A DNA stretch of 64,000 nucleotides from Candidatus Dojkabacteria bacterium (lineage in GTDB: Bacteria > Patescibacteriota > Dojkabacteria > SC72). Every line of letters starts with the position of its first letter. Within the stretch, counting starts at the first letter, position 1. Where the stretch lies: the NCBI GenBank assembly GCA_012842045.1, contig DUTP01000003.1, forward strand, positions 2,532 to 66,531, given 5' to 3'. Made by a program: the position numbers and the translations under genes. The notes beneath the pieces were generated by a model that saw nothing but the letters and a program-made list of their open reading frames with translations, was not told where the DNA came from and did not search any database. Shown here piece after piece: positions 50,001 through 57,100 of this stretch.

Positions 50001-50492
50001 CTTCTCGCCATCTTCACTAGTCATGAGTAATAACTTATCAAATGTAGCTGTTCCTGTGGTAACAGTAGGCATTGTAATATTGTCTTTTACTTTTGGAGTT
50101 TTAAAAGAGTATCCATCTCTCCACATCTTTCTGTTTGAGATAATATGAAATTCATACTCTGTATCAGGTTTTAATTCTCCTATTCGACCAATATAAAGGT
50201 TTGTTTTTGTTAAATTATCATCAAAAACAAATAAATTTTCAGATACAAATTGAAGAGCCTCTGTAGATCCTTTCTCTCTGTAAGTTAATAACTGTAGACG
50301 ATCTTCACTTGTTTTCCAGAATACCTCAGCACTATTAGGTGAAATATTTGCAACTACAACATCAAATGGTTTCTCTTTAGCTATCTCAATTAGTTTTACA
50401 TTCTCAATAAATATTAATATACCACCAACAATTAGAGATATTGCAAAAATATATTTTAAAGCAAAAAATATTTTTTTCTTTGTTGTGTTCAT
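47004..50492 (-). CDS. Large Cys-rich surface protein: TM, FN3-like domain, putative lysozyme-like domain, Cys repeats
   Basis: V.NI...SA.V.W.T...LKPDTEY.F (FN3-like); GVNP.FAL..W..E; seven Cx4[GN]CxC units. Confidence 0.75.
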   Translation of the reverse strand: MNTTKKKIFFALKYIFAISLIVGGILIFIENVKLIEIAKEKPFDVVVANISPNSAEVFWKTSEDRLQLLTYREKGSTEALQFVSENLFVFDDNLTKTNLYIGRIGELKPDTEYEFHIISNRKMWRDGYSFKTPKVKDNITMPTVTTGTATFDKLLLMTSEDGEKIMINSWYVGSYAFDSQGKKYTKQEYAQISTKEILREKLNSMLVRRVYADGSAQTPGERLKLPANCLTGIEINNEAFVVSYAGSYYSWGWLKAIADRHYGRENSDSKANYVEICFNDVYCTSMESGVNPWFALTMWYQETAGSNYVAINANNTHDFGVDPGLDDLYVNFKDQLDWFIKLAKMGTLYANCGGTISEQEFLDMEEVTDKKKRRDIISDDVVRLMGEKIETNAKWGAKYKSGCDGSLFDGLKYWTKTNYHYAIITAQSEMPLSPLYLFGGAEKTTEGVENYINIGSSQDYYSGYSLIPADHNACNYSNASINLDKMLSGGESEYTEEGLEEKTVYIHPQMDPWSEEHLCQHITGCECTVVIGGLKVVGPFKVRRNEYCLDGGPWYKCWGTADWGDDGCEETKNTRTRCHQLDDEGMEWFSSEEVCKGTTKGGGGPGGPGSRFGPPSESDGGNKDCSEDPPGKADIIIGETCWDGGGCECFRSKDGEEYKGYLKEVPCGKKCKESEDDPEDIIIGDTDVICENENGCICIYPGPPERTERVELGDFCGKDGTIIRGDGKTILYITDEDQHCNNRKGCICYWLEVDPRIQKDVENKYVCLAIPPGDVVPVDRYGKEEIQMGDRYMVCENEKGCICMYSDEANTELVVKQGEACTPLPDPQIIRTILHIPLDNDLHCNDRNNCICQWDEISREPDWAVVTNKDVCKRDGSIEPKNTYGKEKLYITDEDRDCENESGCICIYPEGSGIEDKDVKIGKTCTTDGRVIETPNICCYNDNNETLSKLKPYICKEIPGEIRREIAIDYCSLNTKEYKISEGYNFINPVYVIGEQSSAPTTAHELINMSDNRVTTVALFQNGSWVKIVQLEKDSETGLYKIFGPDFPLISGNTYLVLSKARLDFKFTVKGAAIPIPLKIEDLRSGWHLIPSKTLSSDTNKTAQDILNDQEFNLMHQIAQWSMPKSHFLYTVKDNENNIFGDEIKIGNSEGVFIRIKGNSIN

Positions 50493-50753
50493 TAATTAAT
50501 AATAGCAGATTTTAAAAATGTTGTGTATGTTATGTTATAGATATTATAATTTGTTAAGATATATAGCAAATCTTTTATTGGGGAATATTAATGATAGATT
50601 TAAAGCTATACAAAATGATATTAGCCCAGGAAGCTAAAGTTATGTATTCTCTCTAGCATCGAATGAAGAGAGGGTAAGTATAGCTACATTTGCAAGAAGA
50701 GTTGGTAGAAGTTCAGAACCCGTTTTTTCTTATCTATATGGGTAAAGAATAAC

Positions 50754-51098
50754 CTATTTACACATTTTAATAGGTTCGATAAGACATTCTTTGTCTCTCG
50801 TGGTTGTAAATGTTCCACATCTCTCTCTTATCTTGTTAGTATCAGTACAAGTTAGACCTTTACCACAAATTTTTGCAACATCAGTACCACATCTTCTTCC
50901 TTTTCTTAGATACTTTACACATCTATATTGGTTAGAATCTCCTATTTGTTTACACACAGAACCGTATCTACAGTCAGTTGATTTGGGGTTGCAAATCTCC
51001 CATAACTTTTTCTTTTTATAATTACTTAGGAGAAATAATACTAGAACACTAATTAAGACTACAATTACTAACATAATGACATATTTATACTTCTTCAT
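50754..51098 (-). CDS. Small Cys-rich membrane-anchored protein
   Basis: TM helix followed by 10 Cys in about 80 aa. Confidence 0.6.
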   Translation of the reverse strand: MKKYKYVIMLVIVVLISVLVLFLLSNYKKKKLWEICNPKSTDCRYGSVCKQIGDSNQYRCVKYLRKGRRCGTDVAKICGKGLTCTDTNKIRERCGTFTTTRDKECLIEPIKMCK

Positions 51099-51374
51099 TG
51101 TTGATATATTATCTCATAGGTATGGGAAATGCAAAACTCCGCGACCTTCGTCGTGTGCGAACTTATTATATACAAACTATCTATGGAGAACAAGAATAGC
51201 TAGAAATGTTGTTTTAACAGAGAAGAAAATGAGTATAACTATTTAGTCTTATTCTTAACTATAAAACATTAAGTTTAATAGTATGTGTTAGTTATTCCCA
51301 GATAAATATCAGTGTAGACAGTTATAAGATGGTTTGCTAGAGTACTTACAAGAATTATTTTAATTATTTTTAAA

Positions 51375-52556
51375 ATGGAAGAAAGTACAGATTGGTATGA
51401 CGAAGTAACTAAAGAATTAGATGACTTAGTACATAAAGGACAGGTTTATGCACAAAATCCAGTTAATTTTATACATGCAGACTGTTGGTGTGGTTCTAAT
51501 AAAAAATATAAAGATTGTCACTACAAGCAAATTGATATGGCACCAATGACCAAGGAAGATTGTCGTCTCATATTTAAAAAATATAGAAGAAAGAGTTATT
51601 CTTGTTTGTTTAATGGTTGTTCAGAAAAATCAATAAAGTCTCATTCTATTCCTTCTAGTTGGTTGTCATCTATTATAGATTCAGATAATTTTGTTTATAA
51701 TTTCCCACTAAATCTTTTTAATAGTTCTCCAGAAGAGCCTTTTGAAGTAGAGAAACTTGGGGTTTTTGAGAGTTCAACTTTTAAGGGGTTTTGTTTGGAA
51801 CATGATTCAAAATTGTTTGAAAAGATAGAAAAAGAAGGAGGTTGGGAACTAACCGATGAAAACTGTTTGCTACTTTACTACAGAAGTGTATGTTATGAAC
51901 TTTTTGCCAAATGTAGAGCAATGAGTATTTTAGAAGAAGTGAGGGGAGATATTAGTATGGGAAAAGACCCTGTTTCTCAAGTATGCATATTTGAAGTACT
52001 ATGTGGGAGAATCTTGGGAATGAAAAAAGCGGTTGAAGATTTAAGTGTTTTGAAAGATAAAATAGAGCAATATATCAAAGAAAAAGATTTCAGTGTCGTT
52101 TCTTATACATATATCCCCATAGAGAGTCCAATAAACATAATGGCTAGTGGAATTCATCATCCAGAACAGACATTTGAAGGAAGAGATTTGCAGAATCTGG
52201 CAGAAGATAATTTGATGAATATGTCCTGTATTGTAGGGCAGAATGGGGAGGAGGAATTTGTTTTATTCATAAGCATAGATGAGAATGATGAAAGAGCTGC
52301 AAGATTTCATAAGGATTTATTAACTTGTGATAATTTAGGTAATCGCATAGTAATTTATCTTCTTGAGACAACTGAAAATTTGTTTTGGAGAATTTCTGAT
52401 TGGGATCATTTAACAAATACTCAAAAAGACAAGGTGTATAGTATCTTAGGAGGTTCAGTTAATAGTGATATCTTGGAATACTCAAAAGAGGATTTTATTA
52501 CTGGTATAGAATCCTTTGCTACAAAGGACTCTAAAATACAACAAAAGATTGTTTAA
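51375..52556 (+). CDS. SEC-C motif protein with additional Cys/His metal-binding domain
   Basis: CWCGSNKKYKDCH (SEC-C); C...C...SHSIP and FC..HD..LF..IE. Confidence 0.75.
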   Translation: MEESTDWYDEVTKELDDLVHKGQVYAQNPVNFIHADCWCGSNKKYKDCHYKQIDMAPMTKEDCRLIFKKYRRKSYSCLFNGCSEKSIKSHSIPSSWLSSIIDSDNFVYNFPLNLFNSSPEEPFEVEKLGVFESSTFKGFCLEHDSKLFEKIEKEGGWELTDENCLLLYYRSVCYELFAKCRAMSILEEVRGDISMGKDPVSQVCIFEVLCGRILGMKKAVEDLSVLKDKIEQYIKEKDFSVVSYTYIPIESPINIMASGIHHPEQTFEGRDLQNLAEDNLMNMSCIVGQNGEEEFVLFISIDENDERAARFHKDLLTCDNLGNRIVIYLLETTENLFWRISDWDHLTNTQKDKVYSILGGSVNSDILEYSKEDFITGIESFATKDSKIQQKIV

Positions 52557-52606
52557 TTCAGAGATGTTGTTATTTTTTTAGTTGAGCATTCTTTTGTTTT
52601 CTGTTC

Positions 52607-53107
52607 TTACCTTTCTTTGTGTCCTATCTTTTCCTCTGTCAAATCTTTGGAAATTTCTTTCTTTATTTCTTTTTTGGTTTTAAATAATTTATACAGTAGA
52701 ATAAATACAAGAATAGATGGTCTACCACCTCCAAACAGAGATAAAAGAACTATAATTATTGAATAAATAATTAGAAAGGTAATAATTCTTTTTATTTTGC
52801 CTGTGTCAGTATCACCTATCTTTCTCATTCGTATTCCACTAACAAGCATAGGTATAAAGAAAATTATAATTAACAAAGCAGCTAGTATAGAACTTCCTTT
52901 TATAAAGAGCATATATAAAGGTAAGATTACAATCTGGATAATAGAATAACCTATTGTAAGATTAGCAAGACTAAGGATGCTTTTCTTAATTGTGTCTTGA
53001 GTAGTAGATTGGGTAATCTTCTTCTTAGAGGTGGGTTTGTCATTCTCATCTAGATGTAAGATGTGTGTTATCCCATCTTTCTCTATCTTCACATCTCTGT
53101 TTTCCAT
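52607..53107 (-). CDS. Hypothetical membrane protein with 3-4 TM helices
   Basis: 166-aa ORF; start codon lies inside the repeated AAAAACCACACCAATG motif. Confidence 0.7.
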   Translation of the reverse strand: MENRDVKIEKDGITHILHLDENDKPTSKKKITQSTTQDTIKKSILSLANLTIGYSIIQIVILPLYMLFIKGSSILAALLIIIFFIPMLVSGIRMRKIGDTDTGKIKRIITFLIIYSIIIVLLSLFGGGRPSILVFILLYKLFKTKKEIKKEISKDLTEEKIGHKER

Positions 53108-53262
53108 TGGTGTGGTTTTTAAATTTTAGCTGTCTTCTAGAGACCACAAATGGTCTCCCGCTCACCGACAGTCCCTTTCGGAACCATCCATAAACCTTTC
53201 GGCTTATGACCACACCAATGGCTAGCGAGACAGAAGACCATCTCTGCATTGGTGTGGTTTTT
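53105..53262 (-). ncRNA. Putative structured regulatory RNA/leader with GAAA-tetraloop hairpins and an antisense arm
   Basis: Minus-strand hairpins CAUAAGCC-GAAA-GGUUUAUG and AUGGUUCC-GAAA-GGGACUGU (G-U pairs work only on this strand), GAGACCA-UUUG-UGGUCUC, outer GUCUUCU/AGAAGAC. Confidence 0.6.
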
Positions 53263-53307
53263 GTGCCATACCTACAAAAGTAGGGTTAGGCTATTCAATT
53301 GTTCCAG

Positions 53308-53316
53308 ATTATAGCA
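53308..53316 (-). promoter_or_regulatory. Extended -10 promoter TGCTATAAT upstream of the structured leader
   Basis: Reverse complement of ATTATAGCA. Confidence 0.55.
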
Positions 53317-53420
53317 TTTTCTTTAGAAAAAAGTACAAAAAAACAAATAATAAACATATGCTGTAAAACACAACCAAAACCCTCGCCCCAACTTGCTTTT
53401 GATTATTTCCATGTTAAACA

Positions 53421-53470
53421 AAAATCTTGGAGAATCTTGGAATATGTTGGAAAATGTTGGTATATGTGAA
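53421..53470 (+). repeat. Tandem degenerate 10-bp repeats
   Basis: AAAATCTTGG AGAATCTTGG AATATGTTGG AAAATGTTGG TATATGTGAA. Confidence 0.75.
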
Positions 53471-53561
53471 CTGGGTGAAATAACAGCTTTTAAGGGGTTG
53501 TAAGGCTGTTTAAACAGTTGATTACAAGCAAGCGGTGTGTTTATATGTTAAAATCTATTGA

Positions 53562-53795
53562 ATGAAAAGATTTGGTAAATCTTCTAAAAAAGAAAAGGAA
53601 GATTTTGGACTAAGAGGGTTCTTTAAGGCTGTTAAAGACATACTAGATAATCCTCAATTCACAATACGATATTCAAAAGGTAAAAAAGACATAACAGGAC
53701 ATGCTTATACAGAAGCTTCAGTAGGTGATGACCTGAATGTTGAGCATACACCAAAAGGAGAAACAAAAAGTAAAGTTATAAAAGTAGATAAATGA
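53562..53795 (+). CDS. Small basic protein coupled to the recombinase gene
   Basis: 77 aa, ATGA overlap with the recombinase start, TGTTAAAAT -10 just upstream. Confidence 0.55.
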   Translation: MKRFGKSSKKEKEDFGLRGFFKAVKDILDNPQFTIRYSKGKKDITGHAYTEASVGDDLNVEHTPKGETKSKVIKVDK

Positions 53796-55387
53796 ACAAT
53801 GCAGACACCAAGAAAATTAAGGTGTTGGCATATCTAAGGAAATCAACAGAAGATAACAAAGAGGGGGAGGCTAGAAGGCAAAAAAATTCAATAGAGTATC
53901 AAAGAGAGGTAGTAAAAGAAATTGCTGAGAGAAACAATTTGGAAATTGTACGATATTTTGAAGATAGTAAAACTGGGTATAAAGCTTTTCAAAGAGAAGG
54001 GTTTGATAAGATGTTAGAATTCTTCAGAGAACAAAAACATGAAGGTGTTGTCAAAGGGATAGTTTGTTCTGAACATAACAGATTAGCTAGAAATTTTGGA
54101 GATGGAGGGTTTTTGTTGTGGTATTTACAAGATGGGTTAATAAACACCATATATACATATGACAAGATCTTCACCAATTCAGCTAGTGACCAGATGATGT
54201 TGGCTATAAACTTTGCTATGTCAAAACATTCTAGCGATGAAACAAGTTGGAGAACAAAAAGAACATGGAGTCATAGAGCACATACAGAAGGACAACCACC
54301 AAATCAGCATTTAGCAGGATATAAATATACAGGTGAAAAAGGGAAGAGATTTTGGACAGTTGACAAAAAGAATGCTCCTATCGTCAAAGAAATGTTTGAG
54401 AGGTTTGCAACAGGTGAGTATACAGTAAGTGAAATTTTTGATTATGCTGTATCAGAAGGTTTAACAAGTCCTAAAAGCAAGAAAACATATGATTCAGAGA
54501 AATCAATAAGAGGGCTATTAAAGAAAAAAGAATATACAGGAATATTTATGTATGAAGGTGAGGAAATAAAAGGGAAGTATCCACCTCTTATTAGCTCCGA
54601 ACTATTTTACAAGGTGCAAGAAGTGTTGTCGGGAACAGCACATCCTAAGACACAAGGCAAGAATGAATATGCTTATACTGGCTTAGTAAAGTGTGGTGTT
54701 TGTGGTGGGAATATGTCTGGGACTATTAGAAAAGGAATAACATATTACAGATGTCTTCATCGTTATGAACCTTGTAAGAGTAATAAAGGACAACGACCTT
54801 CTTATCTAAGAGAAACTCTTATAGATGAAGAAATTACTGAACTGTTACTAAAGATTCAGGTTTCTGACAAACAGTTTAATAAGCTAATTCCTTATGTATC
54901 TGACTTTTTTGAAGATGAGAAGTCTAAATACAGATATGAGATAATTCAACTCAAGGGCAAGCTTACAGAGGCACAAAGAAATTTAGATTTTTACAATAAA
55001 GAGTTATTCACAATAAAAAGAGTTCCCGAAAAGGAAAGAGATAAAGATTGGTTAATGGATAAAGAAGGTTTAGAAGGGCTTAGAGAAAATGCTCATCAAG
55101 AAAAAGAGATGTATGAGAGACAGATTTCTAAAGCGGAAAACTTAAAAGATACAGTTCCAACTTTAATGTTTAATTTCCTTAAGGGAATAAAAATTGTTGG
55201 TAGTAGATTTAAAACAGCTTCACCCTCTAATAAGCGACAGATTGTAGATACTCTTTGCGCGAACTTTAAGTGGAATGGCAAAGAACTAAGCTGGGAGTGG
55301 AAAAAACCATACCACCTACTTACAAATTCTAATGAAAAAAGAAGATGGCTCCGCGACCAGGACTCGAACCTGGAACCGAACGGTTAA
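53792..55387 (+). CDS. Large serine recombinase (integrase)
   Basis: YLRKST catalytic motif, RLARN, recombinase domain, Zn ribbon CGVCGG...YYRC...C, coiled coil; reads into tRNA-Asn antisense. Confidence 0.93.
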   Translation: MNNADTKKIKVLAYLRKSTEDNKEGEARRQKNSIEYQREVVKEIAERNNLEIVRYFEDSKTGYKAFQREGFDKMLEFFREQKHEGVVKGIVCSEHNRLARNFGDGGFLLWYLQDGLINTIYTYDKIFTNSASDQMMLAINFAMSKHSSDETSWRTKRTWSHRAHTEGQPPNQHLAGYKYTGEKGKRFWTVDKKNAPIVKEMFERFATGEYTVSEIFDYAVSEGLTSPKSKKTYDSEKSIRGLLKKKEYTGIFMYEGEEIKGKYPPLISSELFYKVQEVLSGTAHPKTQGKNEYAYTGLVKCGVCGGNMSGTIRKGITYYRCLHRYEPCKSNKGQRPSYLRETLIDEEITELLLKIQVSDKQFNKLIPYVSDFFEDEKSKYRYEIIQLKGKLTEAQRNLDFYNKELFTIKRVPEKERDKDWLMDKEGLEGLRENAHQEKEMYERQISKAENLKDTVPTLMFNFLKGIKIVGSRFKTASPSNKRQIVDTLCANFKWNGKELSWEWKKPYHLLTNSNEKRRWLRDQDSNLEPNG

Positions 55388-55420
55388 CAGCCGTTTGCTC
55401 TACCATTGAGCTATCGCGGA
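55346..55420 (-). tRNA. tRNA-Asn(GTT) with encoded CCA
   Basis: TCCGCGA/TCGCGGA-G-CCA; AACGG-CTGTTAA-CCGTT anticodon arm. Confidence 0.95.
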
Positions 55421-55527
55421 TTAACAGTACCCATTATATCCCTCACTTTAATTTTCTGCAATAGTGAGTATACAGAGAAGATGTTTTAGTATAAAATGGA
55501 TATATATAATATTAGATATAATATTCT

Positions 55528-56097
55528 ATGAAGTTAGAAGATGTAAGGTTTACATTCCTAGGTATGGATTCTAGTGAAGCAATGAAGAACTATGCTTTAG
55601 AGAAACTTTCTAAAAGAGAAGACCTTTTAGAAAATGCAATTTCTTTAGAGGTAGCTTTTAAAGAACAAGTGACTAATAGGGGGACTAAGGAAGATTTTAG
55701 AGTAGATATTTCAGTAGATTTACCAGAAACACCAATTAGAGTAACAGAGAGAGGTGAGGATATGTATGCTAATATTGATTTTGCAGTAGATACATTAGTA
55801 AGAAGATTAACAAGGTATTCAGATAGGAAGGAGCACTGGAGTGGTGGTAAATCATGGGAGGTGTTAGATGCTAAAGAACCAGAAGAAGAACATATAGATG
55901 ATTATTCTGATTATGTACCAAAGATTGCAAAAAGAAAAAAGATAGAAGATATGTCTCCACTAGAGGAGGGTGAGGCAATTGAAAGGATGGAGATGTTAGG
56001 TTATGACTCATATCTTTTTAGAAGTAACAAGACAGATAAGATATCTCTGGTATACAAAAGAAAGGATGGTTCTTACGGTATTGTAGAACCTGCTTAA
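55528..56097 (+). CDS. hpf: Long ribosome hibernation promoting factor
   Basis: SEAMKNYA.EK, DMYA.ID, EAIERMEMLG...Y.F, VYKRKDG.YG. Confidence 0.9.
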   Translation: MKLEDVRFTFLGMDSSEAMKNYALEKLSKREDLLENAISLEVAFKEQVTNRGTKEDFRVDISVDLPETPIRVTERGEDMYANIDFAVDTLVRRLTRYSDRKEHWSGGKSWEVLDAKEPEEEHIDDYSDYVPKIAKRKKIEDMSPLEEGEAIERMEMLGYDSYLFRSNKTDKISLVYKRKDGSYGIVEPA

Positions 56098-56106
56098 TTG
56101 TTAAAA

Positions 56107-56136
56107 AATATCAGGGAATTTTACTTCCCTGATATT
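56107..56136. terminator. Bidirectional terminator hairpin
   Basis: AATATCAGGGAA-TTTTAC-TTCCCTGATATT between convergent genes. Confidence 0.75.
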
Positions 56137-56160
56137 CTTAATCGTATTTACTAAACCTTA

Positions 56161-57018
56161 TTACTTCTTCTTTGTTAGTAGATTTCTAATGATTGTTAAG
56201 AAACCATACTTTGGTTGTTCAATACTATTATCTTGGACAACATACTCCTCTTTCTTTCCACTTAACCATTCTGCCTGTTTTTCTTGTACTTTTGTTGTAA
56301 TAAATCTAGCCTTAGTTTCATCTTTGTATTTCTCATAATCCAATTTTTCACCTTCTTTAAGTGCTGCTGCCTCTGTTGGGAATAGCATAGTGCCATACTG
56401 GTCAAAGAATGCTTTTAGTTCTTCTTCGGTATAGGTAATGCTAGGACCGATAACTTTATCATATAGAGCTTGTACTTCAATTTGATCCTTAATTTCCTCT
56501 TCTGTAATATTACTTGCTGTAAGAGCAGCTTCGTATGCTTCTTGTCCACCAATTCTCTGGATAATACTATCTAATTCTTTCTGTATATCCTCTTTAGATA
56601 CAGTAACCTTTGCTTTCTTACTTTCCTGTTTAATGATTTCATCATTAATCAATGTTTGAGCAATAGAAGAGCCATAGTATTTTTCAAGAAGATCATGCCA
56701 TTTATGTTTTGATATTCTTTTCCCATTAACAACTGCTACACTGTAACTGTTATTTAGGTACTGTACTCCTAGGTCTGCAAGAGCAAGAATACCTATTATT
56801 ACTATTACAAAGACAACAACCTTTGTAACCAGTTTTAAGATTGGATTGTCAGCAATCTTCTTTATCTCCACCTTTTTCTTGACAACCTTTTCTACCTTTT
56901 TAACTGTAGTCTTAGGCTTAGTAGTTGCCTTTTTTACAGTCTTTGTTGGAGACTTAGCAGTACTCTTTTTGGGCATGCTTTTTGTTTTTGTTGTAGTACT
57001 TTTTTTCGTTCTAGCCAT
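56161..57018 (-). CDS. SurA/PrsA N-terminal-domain foldase-like protein with Lys/Thr-rich N-terminal tail
   Basis: VAVVNG..I, LI...II.QE.KK..V.VS..DI; no clear PPIase domain. Confidence 0.7.
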   Translation of the reverse strand: MARTKKSTTTKTKSMPKKSTAKSPTKTVKKATTKPKTTVKKVEKVVKKKVEIKKIADNPILKLVTKVVVFVIVIIGILALADLGVQYLNNSYSVAVVNGKRISKHKWHDLLEKYYGSSIAQTLINDEIIKQESKKAKVTVSKEDIQKELDSIIQRIGGQEAYEAALTASNITEEEIKDQIEVQALYDKVIGPSITYTEEELKAFFDQYGTMLFPTEAAALKEGEKLDYEKYKDETKARFITTKVQEKQAEWLSGKKEEYVVQDNSIEQPKYGFLTIIRNLLTKKK

Positions 57019-57100
57019 TTATATATATGTTAAATAAATTATATTATGTCTAACAGTTTATCAAAATTATGGGGAGTTAGCAAAGTGTAGGGGAGGAGTT

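Larger units (their letters stand above)
51137..55358. mobile_element. 4.2-kb serine-recombinase integrative element at the tRNA-Asn 3' end
   Basis: 10-bp direct repeat CTCCGCGACC at 51137-51146 and 55349-55358 (inside tRNA-Asn and the recombinase 3' end). Confidence 0.8.

Noticed and set aside
50500-50750. Intergenic stretch with coding-like composition
   Set aside because: Interrupted by stops and no recognisable family; cannot support a pseudogene call
53046-53249. 67-aa ORF as a stand-alone protein gene
   Set aside because: It runs through the structured RNA and overlaps the next gene out of frame; kept only as a possible regulatory uORF
53105-53470. Repeats considered as a CRISPR array
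   Set aside because: Only two direct 16-bp copies plus one inverted copy, and the 10-bp tandem units have no spacers; no cas genes in the window
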